From an uncultured Spirochaetota bacterium (GTDB lineage Bacteria > Spirochaetota > Spirochaetia > SZUA-6 > Fen-1364): 64,000 nt of DNA. The translations under genes and the position numbers were made by a program. Of the stretch, positions 1 to 10,133 are shown piece by piece. The first letter of the stretch is position 1; each line of letters starts with the position of its first letter. The notes below the pieces were generated by a model. The model did no database searches. It worked only from the letters and a program-made list of their open reading frames with translations, and was not told the DNA's origin. Location of the stretch: contig CAVTHO010000006.1 of the NCBI GenBank assembly GCA_963734545.1, positions 192,001 to 256,000 of the forward strand, in the 5' to 3' direction.

Positions 1-770
1 CCGTCCACGTAGTAGCTGGAGCCCACGCAATAGCTGGAACGGGGCGAGCAGAGGAACACGTAGAACCAGGCCAGCTCCTCCGGTGTCGCGAATCTGCCGA
101 TGGGCGCATTGTCTTTCGCGATCTTCTCCAGGTACTGGTCCACCGTGGTTCCCGTGCCCTGTGTCAGGATTCCCGCGGTTTTTTTCCAGTCCGGCGTGAG
201 AATGAGCCCGGGGTTGACCACGTTGACGCGGATATTGTCCTTGATCAGCTCGTTCGCGAGGCATTTCGACATCATCACGAGCGCAGCCTTTGTCGTGTTG
301 TAGATGGGCTCGTACCCGAGAGGCTGCTTCGCGCAGATCGAGGCCGTGTTGAGGATGACGCCGCCGCCCCTCTTCCGCATGCCCGGGACCATGGCGCGGG
401 AGAGGCGGATCGCCGCCATGACGTGGAGATCCCAGAAATGGTTCCACTTTTCATCCGGGGCTTCCATGATCGTTTCAGACGTCCCCGTGCCGGCGTTGTT
501 GATGAGGATATCGACGCCATCGAAGAATTCCCCGATCCTGGCTGCCGCGGCATCGACGTCTTCTTTTCGTGAGACATCGGCGGAGATGCCGAGGCTCCTC
601 GCGCCGAATGCTCTTGCGATCTCCGACGCCTCGCGTTCCACTCGGGCCCTGTCACGCGCAATGAGGACGGTGTCCACTCCTTCCGATGCGAGTGACCTGG
701 CAACCGCAAGACCGATACCCACGCTGCCGCCCGTAATGACGGCTCGCTTTCCCTTCAGCTCGAGGTTCAT
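1..770 (-). CDS. Short-chain dehydrogenase/reductase (SDR), 3' end runs off window
   Basis: Own translation from ATG at 770: MNLELKGKRAVITGGSVGIG (TGxxxGIG), NNAG, YNTTK (YxxxK); GAGGA RBS upstream. Absent from the ORF track because it is truncated. Confidence 0.9.
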   Translation of the reverse strand, partial: MNLELKGKRAVITGGSVGIGLAVARSLASEGVDTVLIARDRARVEREASEIARAFGARSLGISADVSRKEDVDAAAARIGEFFDGVDILINNAGTGTSETIMEAPDEKWNHFWDLHVMAAIRLSRAMVPGMRKRGGGVILNTASICAKQPLGYEPIYNTTKAALVMMSKCLANELIKDNIRVNVVNPGLILTPDWKKTAGILTQGTGTTVDQYLEKIAKDNAPIGRFATPEELAWFYVFLCSPRSSYCVGSSYYVD

Positions 771-854
771 TGTTTTCCTCCTGGACAACGGTATTTCGCG
801 TACACTCGTATGTCAATTAGCTAATGCTGTTTTAAAATATCGTTATAAAAGATA

Positions 855-887
855 TTGACAATTCACCTTCTCAGATTATAATCTGAG
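855..887 (+). promoter_or_regulatory. Sigma70-type promoter TTGACA-N16-TATAAT overlapped by a perfect 18-bp palindrome CTCAGATTATAATCTGAG (870-887), candidate operator
   Basis: Consensus hexamers at 855-860 and 877-882 in an AT-rich divergent intergenic region; palindrome read directly. Confidence 0.7.
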
Positions 888-1020
888 CCAGGATAAGGCG
901 TGAATATAGCATGTGTTCTTGATAAAAAACAACGGAACGGGTATGAATGAAACAGCTACGCGTGAGGCCTGTAAAAGGGTGATCCTGGTCGGTCACTGAC
1001 ACCGGGCTGCGGCCGAGCCG

Positions 1021-2272
1021 ATGGGTGTGGCGGAGGTTGCCATCAAAGCGCACAAGCAGAACAATATACGAGGCGTGCTGGCCCTGATACGGAGCCACGA
1101 TACCTTTTCGGTGGCCGAAATATCTCATCAGATAAAGTTGAGCAAGACCACGGTGAAAAAGACAATCGACCTGCTCACCGCGATGAAGCTCGTCGTGTCG
1201 GCGGGCAAGGGCGAATCCACGGAAGAGGGCGGGAAGAAACCCGAGCTGTACCGCTTCAACCGCAATTTCGGATACGTGATCAGCCTCCATGTCACGCCGG
1301 ACGCCATCATCGCAATGACGGCCGATCTCTGCGCGAACATCACCCATTACCAGAAGACCGAGGTCACACGCGAGCGGGAGCTGGGCTCTGTCCTGGACCT
1401 GCTCGTCGAAATCATCAGGGGCTTCACGGCCATGAAGGCGGGCGGCAGCGAAAAGCTCATCGGCATAGTGATTGCGCTCCCTGGGCTGGCCGACTCCACG
1501 AAGGGCATATCGATCTACTCGCCCCATTACCCTTCGTGGGGAAGGGACGTGCCCTTCACGAGTCTTCTTCGCGAGAAGCTGGGAGCCGGGCTACGACGTT
1601 CCCGTCTTCATCGACTGCGTCAACCGCTACCAGGCCATCGCGGAGCGTGAAAAGGGCGTGGCGGCCGGGCGGACAAATTTCATCATTATCGACGCGCTGA
1701 ACGAGGGTCTGGGCTCGGGCATCGTCACCCACGGCGAGCTCATGCCCGGTTCACAGAGCCTGTCCGGGGAAATCGGGCACATGACGGTCAATCCGATAGA
1801 CGGTCCCCTCTGCATCTGCGGCAACCGGGGCTGTTTCGAGGCGATGGTATCCGCCAAGAGGCTCCGGGCCCTGATAGGGGAGGCGCGCGCCCGCGGCGTG
1901 ACATCCCTGCTCTTCTCGAACGGCATGTCCGACGATGTCCCGATCGATGCGGTCTGCGAGCTGGCGGACCGCGGTGACGCTTTCTGCACGGAGCTCATCG
2001 ACGATGTGGCGCGGTGGTTCATCATCGGTCTGGGGAACATCATCATGGTGAACGATCCGGAGCTCATCGTCATTCAGGGGCTGTATGTGAAAGCGGGCAT
2101 GAGCTTCCTGGGCAGGCTTCGGGAAGGCATCAAGCATATCGGTCTGCCGGACGTCGAAAAGAGGGTCAGCATCGAGTATTCGACTCTGGGCGAGGAACGC
2201 GGCGTGGTGGGCGGGGCGGCTTTTGCAATCGGAAATTTCTTTTCCAAGCGCCTTGTATTCAAGAATATCTAG
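1021..2272 (+). CDS. ROK-family transcriptional regulator (frameshift near 1590)
   Basis: N-terminal HTH with GGKKP in ORF 1021-1650; GEIGH...CICGNRGCFEA ROK motif in ORF 1472-2272; the two frames join at about 1590. Confidence 0.88.
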
Positions 2273-2374
2273 CTCCTGGAAAAGCAGAGCGTCCTCGGCG
2301 CTCTGCTCATCGCCTGCGTCTTCCTGATTCGACCGGAGCAGGTCTCGATGATCAAGTAAAGGGGGTTCACGGAC

Positions 2375-3394
2375 ATGAGCACGGAAATGCTTTACCGCGA
2401 GCTGGGGAGCTCGGGGATCAAGGCGTCGGTTGTCGGTCTGGGAACGTTCGCCATCGGCGGATGGTTCTGGGGCGGCACGGATGAGAAGAAATCGATCCAG
2501 GCGATCCATGCAAGCCTGGATCAGGGCGTGAATCTCATCGACACAGCGCCCATCTACGGGTTTGGCACGGCGGAGGAGATCGTCGGCAAGGCCTTGAAGG
2601 GAAAGCGCGGCAAGGCCGTCATCGCCACGAAATGCGGGCTGCGGTGGGACACCGATAAAGGCGATTTCGACGGATATGCCGACGAGAAGTCCCCAAGCAA
2701 AACGCCTGCAAAGTACAAGATCCAAAGATACCTGGGAGCGGAGTCGATCAGGTACGAGGTCGAGCAGAGCCTGAGGCGGCTGGGGACCGACCATATCGAT
2801 CTCTATCAGACGCACTGGCAGGAATCCACCACGCCGATCGAAGTCACGATGGAAGCCCTGGTGAAGCTCCGGCAGGAAGGCAAGATCCGCGCCATCGGCG
2901 TTTCGAACGTCACCGTGGATCAGCTGAAACGCTACGGCGCCGTGGCCTCTGCGCAGGAGAAGTTCAGCCTGCTGGACAGGGGCATCGTGAAGAAAGGGCT
3001 CGTGGATTACTGCGTGCGCGCAGGAATCGCCATCCTGAGCTATTTCACCATGGAGCAGGGGCTCCTCACCGGCGCGATGTCTCCCGAGCGGAGCTTCCTT
3101 GACGGCGATACGCGGAAGACCAACCCGCTGTTCAGCCCCGAGAGCATCCGCCGCGTGAATGCGATCGTTGCCGAGCTGCGGCCGTTTGCCGACACGTATA
3201 AGGCTACCGTTGCCCAGGTGCTGATTGCCCTCACGGCTCAGCAGACCGGCATCACGCACGTGCTGGTGGGCGCGCGGGATGCGGCCCAGGCAAAGGAGAA
3301 TGCGGGCGGCGGTCATCTGCGGCTTGCGCCTGAAGACGTGCGCACGATGAACAGCATCGGGGACAGGCTGGCGGCGATACGGGATCAGAAATAG
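2375..3394 (+). CDS. Aldo/keto reductase
   Basis: GLGTFAIGG, IDTAPIYG, SLRRLGTDHIDLYQTHW, GKIRAIGVSN motifs. Confidence 0.93.
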   Translation: MSTEMLYRELGSSGIKASVVGLGTFAIGGWFWGGTDEKKSIQAIHASLDQGVNLIDTAPIYGFGTAEEIVGKALKGKRGKAVIATKCGLRWDTDKGDFDGYADEKSPSKTPAKYKIQRYLGAESIRYEVEQSLRRLGTDHIDLYQTHWQESTTPIEVTMEALVKLRQEGKIRAIGVSNVTVDQLKRYGAVASAQEKFSLLDRGIVKKGLVDYCVRAGIAILSYFTMEQGLLTGAMSPERSFLDGDTRKTNPLFSPESIRRVNAIVAELRPFADTYKATVAQVLIALTAQQTGITHVLVGARDAAQAKENAGGGHLRLAPEDVRTMNSIGDRLAAIRDQK

Positions 3395-3409
3395 CGCGGA
3401 GGAGAAAAC

Positions 3410-4447
3410 ATGGATATCACGCAGGGCGCGTGGGGCAGGACCCGGGAGGGAGACGAGATCACCCGTTACACCATGACGAGCAGGAGCCGGGTCACGGTCC
3501 AGCTCATCAGCTACGGCGCCACTCTCTCCTCCGTGCAGTTTCCCGACAGGCAGGGGCGCGTCGGGGAGGTGACACTCGGGTTCGATGCGCTGGAGGGCTA
3601 CCTCAACCCTCATCCCTATTTCGGCAGCACGATCGGCAGGGTGGCGAATCGAATCGGCAGGGGCAGGTTCAGCCTCGACGGCCGCGAATATCCGCTCTTC
3701 TGCAATGACGGGAGGAACCATCTCCACGGTGGAAAGAAGGGATTTGACAGGGCCGTCTGGTCATCCGCGTCGTTCCTTCGCGACGACAGGGCGGGGGTGA
3801 GCTTCTCCTACGCGAGCCCTGACGGGGAAGAGGGATATCCGGGCAACCTCGATGCCCGGGTCACCTATACGCTGGATGAGAGTGGAGTGCTGGAAGTCGT
3901 TTTCGAAGGCCGGACCGACAAGGCCACACCCGCCAATCTCTGCAACCATGCCTACTGGAACCTGAGAGGCGATGGAACGGGGGACATCAAGGACCACCGC
4001 CTGACTCTCTTCGCGGAGTCATACCTGCCCGTGGATGCAGAGCTCATCCCCACGGGGGAAATCCGCCCGGTAAAAGGCACCCCCCACGATTTCCGGCGGG
4101 AAAAGCCCATCGGCCAGGATCTGGAGAAAGCCGGCGGCGGCTATGACGAGTGCTTCGTGCTGGGCGGCCCGGTGAACGGACTGCGGCCCGTGGCCCGGGT
4201 GGTGGAGCCCACGACCGGAAGGGCAATGGAAATGTTCACCACGCAGCCCGGCGTGCAGCTCTACTCGGGGCACATGCTTGCGCCCATGACCGGCCGGGCC
4301 GGCAGGCGCTACGAGCCGTACGGCGCCTTTGCCCTGGAGACGGAAGGGTTCCCGGACGCGATCAACCAGGCGGGATTTCCCAGCGTGGTCCTCCGGCCGG
4401 GACAGAAATCGCTCGAGAAAATGCGGATTCGGTTTTTCACACAATGA
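3410..4447 (+). CDS. galM: Aldose 1-epimerase (mutarotase)
   Basis: GRVANRI, NHLHGG, GYPGNL, NHAYWNL and ALETE motifs; GGAGGAG RBS. Confidence 0.93.
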   Translation: MDITQGAWGRTREGDEITRYTMTSRSRVTVQLISYGATLSSVQFPDRQGRVGEVTLGFDALEGYLNPHPYFGSTIGRVANRIGRGRFSLDGREYPLFCNDGRNHLHGGKKGFDRAVWSSASFLRDDRAGVSFSYASPDGEEGYPGNLDARVTYTLDESGVLEVVFEGRTDKATPANLCNHAYWNLRGDGTGDIKDHRLTLFAESYLPVDAELIPTGEIRPVKGTPHDFRREKPIGQDLEKAGGGYDECFVLGGPVNGLRPVARVVEPTTGRAMEMFTTQPGVQLYSGHMLAPMTGRAGRRYEPYGAFALETEGFPDAINQAGFPSVVLRPGQKSLEKMRIRFFTQ

Positions 4448-4472
4448 CCCATGCCCACAGGAGGAACGCGCG

Positions 4473-4895
4473 ATGTACCAGACGATGAATCTTTCCCATG
4501 CGGAAGCGCAGGAGATGATTGCCGCAGTGCAGAAGAAGGTCGAAGCGGAGCACAAGGCCGCGGCCATTGCCGTGACGGATTCCCACGGTGAGCTGATTGC
4601 GTTTCTGCGCATGGACGGCTGCCACCTTCCGCCGCTCACCATTGCGATCAACAAGGCGTTCACGGCTGCGCGTGAGCGCAGGGAGTCCGGCGAAGTCGGC
4701 CAGGCTTCCCGCACCTACCCGTTTCCGATGACCAACTACGGTGACCTTCGCTATACCGGCTGGGCCGGTGGATTCCCAGTCCTGCACGAGGGAAAAGTGG
4801 TGGGTGCCATCGGCATCAGCGGGCTGGACGAGGAGCAGGAGGCCCGGTACGGCCGCATGGCGGTCGAGCTGGTGACGGGAAGATCGGGGCGGTGA
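4473..4895 (+). CDS. GlcG/HbpS (DUF336) heme-binding family protein
   Basis: IAVTD...RMDG...AINKAFTA...GGFPV...VGAIGISG; AGGAGG RBS before ATG 4473. Confidence 0.85.
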   Translation: MYQTMNLSHAEAQEMIAAVQKKVEAEHKAAAIAVTDSHGELIAFLRMDGCHLPPLTIAINKAFTAARERRESGEVGQASRTYPFPMTNYGDLRYTGWAGGFPVLHEGKVVGAIGISGLDEEQEARYGRMAVELVTGRSGR

Positions 4896-4906
4896 GGAGA
4901 ACGACC

Positions 4907-5932
4907 ATGAAACAGGCAGTCATGACTTCGCCGGGGCAGATCGAGTTCAGGGACATCCCTGTTCCCGTGCCGGGCCCGACAGAGGTCCTTATCCGCATGA
5001 AAAGGATCGGAGTCTGCGGCTCCGACATCCACGTCTATCATGGAAAGCACGCGCTCACTCCCTACCCTGTCGTGCAGGGGCACGAGGTCTCCGGCATCGT
5101 GGAGAAAGCGGGCGGGAAGGTGCGCGGCATCGCGCCGGGAGACCTCGTCACGATCCAGCCCCAGGTGACATGCGGACAATGCTATCCCTGCACGCACGGG
5201 GCGTACCATATCTGCGACAACCTGAAGGTCATGGGCTTCCAGACGACCGGCGCGGGGTCCGAGCTCTTCGCGGTGGAGGCGAGCAAGGTGCTGAAGCTGC
5301 CTGCCCGCATGAACGCGGAGCACGGGGCAATGATCGAGCCGGTCGCCGTGGCGGTCCACGCGCTGGGCCGCGCGGGAGAGGTGAAAGGGAAGAATGTGCT
5401 CGTGCTCGGGGCAGGGCCCATCGGGAACCTCGTGGCCCAGGCGGCCAGGGGCATGGGCGCGGCAAAGGTCATGGTCACCGATGTGAGCGCGTTCCGGCTG
5501 GAAAAGGCGAGGGAATGCGGCGTGGACTTCTGCGTGGACACTTCAAGAGTCGACCTCGCCTCGGCCATACGGGAGCACTTCGGAGAATCGAAGGCCGACG
5601 TGATACTCGAATGCGTGGGCAGCCCGCAGACCATCCAGCAGGCAGTGGCGGTCGCGCGCAAGGGCACCGACATCATCGTCGTGGGTGTGTTCGGGGACAA
5701 GCCGACACTCGACATGGGGACCGTGCAGGACAGGGAGCTGCGCCTGATCGGCACCCTGATGTACCAGGAGCCGGATTGGAAGAAGGCGATCGAGCTCGTG
5801 GAAAAGGGCAGGATCAAGCTTCAGCCGCTCATCACCGACCATTTCGACTTTGCCGACTACAAGAAGGCGTACGAATACATAGACGCGCACCGCGAGCGCG
5901 CCATGAAGGTCATGATCGTTCTGGATAAATGA
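4907..5932 (+). CDS. Zinc-dependent polyol/sugar dehydrogenase (MDR family)
   Basis: GVCGSDIH, GHE, CxxCxxC structural Zn site, GAGPIG. Confidence 0.92.
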   Translation: MKQAVMTSPGQIEFRDIPVPVPGPTEVLIRMKRIGVCGSDIHVYHGKHALTPYPVVQGHEVSGIVEKAGGKVRGIAPGDLVTIQPQVTCGQCYPCTHGAYHICDNLKVMGFQTTGAGSELFAVEASKVLKLPARMNAEHGAMIEPVAVAVHALGRAGEVKGKNVLVLGAGPIGNLVAQAARGMGAAKVMVTDVSAFRLEKARECGVDFCVDTSRVDLASAIREHFGESKADVILECVGSPQTIQQAVAVARKGTDIIVVGVFGDKPTLDMGTVQDRELRLIGTLMYQEPDWKKAIELVEKGRIKLQPLITDHFDFADYKKAYEYIDAHRERAMKVMIVLDK

Positions 5933-5964
5933 AGAACGCGATGCCGTGAGGCATCGCGTTTCTT
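5932..5964. terminator. Bidirectional hairpin terminator between convergent genes
   Basis: AACGCGATGCC-GTGA-GGCATCGCGTT perfect 11-bp stem followed by TTCTT. Confidence 0.7.
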
Positions 5965-5984
5965 GACGCTCTTCCGCGGGGCCC

Positions 5985-6608
5985 TCAGTTTCCCAGGACC
6001 TCGTCCACGATGATGAGCTTCAGCCGTCCCGGCTGCGATTCCCTGTTCAGCAGGAGGATCTTGTTCGCGGAGGTTTTCCAGCTTTCAGGCAGCCCGTACG
6101 CCTTGCGCGCCCGCTCGCTTTCCTTGGTGATGAGGTACTCGTCGATCCTCTTCATTCCCTGTTCCACGTCGGGAACGATTTTCTGGGCCCCCACGACCAG
6201 GATCACGGTCCCCCCGCCATAGGTGTAGGCGGGAAGCTGGCTTCCCGTGTTCGAGGCGACGATCACCGTGCCCGTCTCGGTCACCGCGTGCGCGCTGCCG
6301 ACTGTGAAGTCCGGGCCCGCGCCGAGCTTCCGCATTTCCTTGCCGTTGGTCTGGGGATTCATTTTCGCGAAAGTGCCGCGGAGCGAGTTGAACCTGCCCG
6401 ATTCGTTCAGCTCTTTTGCCAATCCGATGGTATCGAGGGTAATGGAGGTCATCGTGAGCACCTCGGAGCCCTCCGGTATCATCGAGAGGACCATTTTCTT
6501 CGCCTCTTCCGCGTTTGCCGCGTACAGGGTCTCGATGCTGTTCTCGTTCAGCGCTTTGAGCGTCTTGTCGATCGCGCTCCTGCTCGCCGCCGCATTCCAT
6601 GCTTTCAT
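5985..6608 (-). CDS. LUD-domain (LutC/DUF1121-like) protein
   Basis: SAHAVTETG.VIVASNTGSQLPAY, VVGAQKIV; GGAGA RBS before ATG 6608. The upstream part of the 419-aa ORF is spurious. Confidence 0.82.
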   Translation of the reverse strand: MKAWNAAASRSAIDKTLKALNENSIETLYAANAEEAKKMVLSMIPEGSEVLTMTSITLDTIGLAKELNESGRFNSLRGTFAKMNPQTNGKEMRKLGAGPDFTVGSAHAVTETGTVIVASNTGSQLPAYTYGGGTVILVVGAQKIVPDVEQGMKRIDEYLITKESERARKAYGLPESWKTSANKILLLNRESQPGRLKLIIVDEVLGN

Positions 6609-6637
6609 CTGGGATCTCCTTGAAAAATCTATTTTAC

Positions 6638-6664
6638 GTAACCAGGTTACTATAAGTAAGTTAC
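6638..6664. promoter_or_regulatory. Candidate HxlR-family operator (GTAAC-CAG-GTTAC and TTACT-ATA-AGTAA inverted repeats)
   Basis: Overlapping inverted repeats in the AT-rich region between the divergent LUD gene and the HxlR-type regulator. Confidence 0.5.
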
Positions 6665-6707
6665 TGAGAAAATTGCATATCGTCAAGTAAAAAGATATAT
6701 TCACCAC

Positions 6708-7070
6708 ATGGAAAAGACGGGACGCGCGCTCCCCGCTCTCTGCCCTGTCGTGGAAAGGGCATTCGAAGTCCTGGGCAGGAAATGGGCAGGACTGATCGTG
6801 CGCGAGCTCTCGGCCGGGTCCCGGCACTTTTGCGAGCTGGAGAAGGGTATTCCCTCGGTGAGCGCGCGCATGCTGACGGAGCGCATCAAGGAGCTGGAAG
6901 CGGAAGGCATTGTCAGCCGAACCGTGCACACGGCCGCGCCGGTGCGCGTCACCTATGCTCTCACGGAGAAGGGCCGGGCCCTGATTCCCGTCATGCAGGG
7001 AATCGAGTCGTGGGCGCAGCGGTGGTCGAAGGTCCGAGGCGCTCAGGAGCCGGGCGGACCCGATTCCTGA
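6708..7070 (+). CDS. HxlR-family winged-helix regulator
   Basis: CPVVERAFEVLGRKW, RMLTERIKELE, V.YALTEKG. Confidence 0.9.
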   Translation: MEKTGRALPALCPVVERAFEVLGRKWAGLIVRELSAGSRHFCELEKGIPSVSARMLTERIKELEAEGIVSRTVHTAAPVRVTYALTEKGRALIPVMQGIESWAQRWSKVRGAQEPGGPDS

Positions 7071-7759
7071 TTCCATCTCGCCCGTGCGGCGTTCCAGAGC
7101 ACGTCCGCCGGTGGATCTGCAACAATCGTCAGCGGCTTTTTCTGCACCGGGTGGATGAATGAAACCTGCCGGGCATGCAGGTGGATGCCGCCCCCGGGAT
7201 TGGATCGGGGCGCCCCGTATTTCAGGTCTCCCTTGACGTGACACCCTATGGCATGCAGCTGCGCTCTTATCTGATGGTGCCGCCCGGTATGCAGCTCGAT
7301 GGCGAGCAGGTGATACCGCTCCAGGCTGAAAAGCAGCCGATAGGAAAGACTCGCCTCCCGCGCGTCGGCCCGGGGACCGGCAACCACGAACGATTTGTTT
7401 TTCACCGGGTCGCGCCTCAGCCAGTGCACGAGGGTGTCAGCGTCCCGGGGAGGCTTTTCCGCGACAATGGCCCAGTAGGTCTTCGCCACACCCCCCAGGC
7501 GGAATAGCTCGCTCAAACGCTGCAGCGCCTTCTCCGTGCGCGCGAACAGGACCACTCCGCTGGTCGGCCTGTCCAGCCTGTGGGGGATGCCGATGTACAC
7601 GTTTCCGGTCTTGCCGTATTTCAGTCGAATGTAGTCGCGCACCTGATCGGCGAGGGTGACGTCCCCTGTCTTGTCCCCCTGGACGATGTCGGAAGGCTTC
7701 TTGTTCACGGCGATGATATGGTTGTCCTCGTAGAGAACCTGGAGCAGGGGCGGGTCCAT
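7043..7759 (-). CDS. RluA-family pseudouridine synthase
   Basis: HRLDRPTSG catalytic motif, TGRHHQIR, GDLKYG, LHA. Confidence 0.93.
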   Translation of the reverse strand: MDPPLLQVLYEDNHIIAVNKKPSDIVQGDKTGDVTLADQVRDYIRLKYGKTGNVYIGIPHRLDRPTSGVVLFARTEKALQRLSELFRLGGVAKTYWAIVAEKPPRDADTLVHWLRRDPVKNKSFVVAGPRADAREASLSYRLLFSLERYHLLAIELHTGRHHQIRAQLHAIGCHVKGDLKYGAPRSNPGGGIHLHARQVSFIHPVQKKPLTIVADPPADVLWNAARARWNQESGPPGS

Positions 7760-7828
7760 CGGGATTTCCTGGTGTCGGTATAGCCCGTTTTCGAGAAAAA
7801 GGTCAGTATCGCGGTCACGGGGGTCCAG

Positions 7829-8656
7829 ATGCTGACGTTGAAGAACGAGTCTCTGCGCGTGTCCGTGCTCGATCCTGTCGCCGACGGCGACCGTCTCGGC
7901 ACCCGGTACTGCACGGGCGGGTCCATATTTCAGATCGAGGATACTGCCCGGGGCATCCTGCTGTCGGGCCCCACGTTCCCTGATTCGTACAATCTATTCG
8001 ACGGACAGGGAGCACCGGACGCGTTCCAGCCCCACCTGGTGGTGGAGCAGGACCCTTCGGGAGTGCCCGCGCTGGTGCTCGGGATCGGCATCGGCCTCAT
8101 CGATCCGAAAGCCAACGAGACGCGGGATCGCTGCACGTGGGATATCGGCGGGGGAGCGGGCATGCTGATCTTCCGCGCCACGCAGAAGGCAGGGCCCTGG
8201 AGCTTCAAGCTGGAGCGCAGGCTCATCCTGAGCGGGCGCACGCTGCGAAGCGAGACCGCGCTCCTCAACACGGGCTCCCGGCACGTTCCCTTCCAGTGGT
8301 ATCCGCACCCGTTCTTTCCCCTGTTTCCGACGGGCGAGTGCTGCCGGGTGGGCATTCCCATCACCCTGCCGGATAATCCCGGCTACGAGCTTGCGGAGAA
8401 CGGATTTCTCAGGATGAAGAACCTGCCCTGGACGGGGAACGAGAACCATTTCCAGCTCCTGGGCCATCGGGGAGACAGGCCGGTCTCATTCCTGCAGAAG
8501 CATCCGGTCACCAGCCTGGTGAGCGTGAGCTGCGACTACGTTCCGACGCGTCTTCCCGTCTGGGGCAACCCGCGCACGTTTTCCTTCGAGCCCTACTACG
8601 AGAGGAACCTGATCGTGGAGGACGAGGCGCGCTGGTCGATCACGTTCGATTTCTGA
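7829..8656 (+). CDS. Hypothetical protein, probable aldose-1-epimerase-like fold
   Basis: Gene-like ORF filling the gap; HPFF and FSFEPY resemble galactose mutarotase-like motifs. Confidence 0.55.
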   Translation: MLTLKNESLRVSVLDPVADGDRLGTRYCTGGSIFQIEDTARGILLSGPTFPDSYNLFDGQGAPDAFQPHLVVEQDPSGVPALVLGIGIGLIDPKANETRDRCTWDIGGGAGMLIFRATQKAGPWSFKLERRLILSGRTLRSETALLNTGSRHVPFQWYPHPFFPLFPTGECCRVGIPITLPDNPGYELAENGFLRMKNLPWTGNENHFQLLGHRGDRPVSFLQKHPVTSLVSVSCDYVPTRLPVWGNPRTFSFEPYYERNLIVEDEARWSITFDF

Positions 8657-8665
8657 CAGCGGCCG

Positions 8666-9034
8666 TCAGTCACTCTTGACGAACTTCAACGACAGCGAGT
8701 TCACGCAGTGGCGCGTGTCCTTTTTCGTGAATCCTTCCCCGAGAAACACGTGGCCCAGGTGGGCGCCGCAGCTCACACAGGTGATCTCCGTGCGGGAGCC
8801 GTCCGCATCCGGCGTGCGCCGGACCGCGCCGGGGATCTCGTCATCGAAGCTGGGCCAGCCGCAGTGGGAATCGAACTTGTCCTCGGACTTGTACAGCGGC
8901 GCCTCGCAGCGCCGGCATATGTAGGTCCCATTGCCCTTCGAAGTGACGTACTCTCCGCTGTACGGCATCTCGGTTCCCTTGTGCACGATGATTCTTTCCT
9001 CTTCAGGGGTCAGGGGGTTGAGCTTTGCATTCAT
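8666..9034 (-). CDS. msrB: Peptide-methionine (R)-sulfoxide reductase
   Basis: [29 protein letters not shown]. Confidence 0.96.
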   Translation of the reverse strand: MNAKLNPLTPEEERIIVHKGTEMPYSGEYVTSKGNGTYICRRCEAPLYKSEDKFDSHCGWPSFDDEIPGAVRRTPDADGSRTEITCVSCGAHLGHVFLGEGFTKKDTRHCVNSLSLKFVKSD

Positions 9035-9176
9035 GGCGAAAGAGAATTTCGATACCCCTGAAGGGCAAGTCAAGCGCCGCGGCAGCCGCATTCTGCTTCG
9101 GCGGGCGGTGGGAAGTCCGGCTGCGGACCGCAACTTCCGGGTGGCGCGCGCGCGCGCCCTCGTGTATCCTTTCTCC

Positions 9177-10133
9177 ATGAGAACGAACAAATCCGCCGCG
9201 TACGGCGGCGCCATGACGGAGTGGTCACGGGATTATCGGCGCATCGAGCGGGCGATCAACTTCATTGAAGAGAACATCGACACCCGGCCCGACCTTGCCG
9301 CGGTGGCCCGCGTGGCCGGCTTGAGCGATTTCCATTTTCAGCGTCTTTTCAGCAGGATGGTGGGGATCAGCCCGAAGAGGTACGAGCAGTTCCTCACAAA
9401 AGAGGCGGCGAAGAAGCTGCTTGCCGGATCCGAGAGCCTGCTGGACGCCGCGTACGACGTCGGGCTCTCCGGTCCGGGAAGGCTGCACGATCTCTTTGTT
9501 TCCTGCGAGGCCGTGACTCCCGGGGAGTTCAAGAGCCGGGGGGAGGGTCTCACGATCGGATACGGCTTCCATCCCACGCCGTTCGGAGAGGCGATGCTTG
9601 CTTCCACCGACAAGGGCATCTGCGCGCTCTCTTTCACGGCAGAGGACAGCCGGGAGGAGGTCCTTGCCCGGCTTCGGGAAGAATGGGGAAACGCCCGGGT
9701 TGCGCCCGATCAGGACGGCACGGCGCGGATCATCGGGCGGATCTTCGCCGGCGCGGCCAGGGCCGGGGCCCCGCTCACCCTGTACCTGCGCGGGACGAAC
9801 TTCCAGGTCAAGGTGTGGGAAGCCCTTCTTTCGATTCCTCCGGGCCGGCTCGCTACCTACGAGGATGTGGCGCGAAGGATCGGCGACCCGTCTGCCACGA
9901 GGGCGGTGGGGAGCGCCGTGGGGCGCAATCCCATTGCGTACATCATTCCCTGCCACCGCGTGATACGGAAGACAGGGGAGCTCGGGGGCTATCACTGGGG
10001 CATCGCCAGGAAGCGGCTGATCCTTGCATGGGAAGCTTCAAAGTTCGGCAGGGAGCCGGTGGAAGAGGCCGAAGAGAACGCGCCGTCAGAGACGGCGCGC
10101 GTGCGCGCAGGAGTCGGCGGGGGACGGACATGA
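9177..10133 (+). CDS. AraC-HTH plus methylated-DNA-protein-cysteine methyltransferase (Ada-like; start 9177 or 9213)
   Basis: [26 protein letters not shown] active site. Confidence 0.9.
   Translation: MRTNKSAAYGGAMTEWSRDYRRIERAINFIEENIDTRPDLAAVARVAGLSDFHFQRLFSRMVGISPKRYEQFLTKEAAKKLLAGSESLLDAAYDVGLSGPGRLHDLFVSCEAVTPGEFKSRGEGLTIGYGFHPTPFGEAMLASTDKGICALSFTAEDSREEVLARLREEWGNARVAPDQDGTARIIGRIFAGAARAGAPLTLYLRGTNFQVKVWEALLSIPPGRLATYEDVARRIGDPSATRAVGSAVGRNPIAYIIPCHRVIRKTGELGGYHWGIARKRLILAWEASKFGREPVEEAEENAPSETARVRAGVGGGRT
9189..9212 (+). repeat. RAAT-hairpin repeat family, single empty unit
   Basis: AAAT CCGCCG CGTA CGGCGG CGCC. Confidence 0.65.

Noticed and set aside
1751-3727. Long antisense ORFs (also 38986-40854, 40749-42644, 50156-51706)
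   Set aside because: Typical stop-poor shadow frames of high-GC genes, with no motifs.
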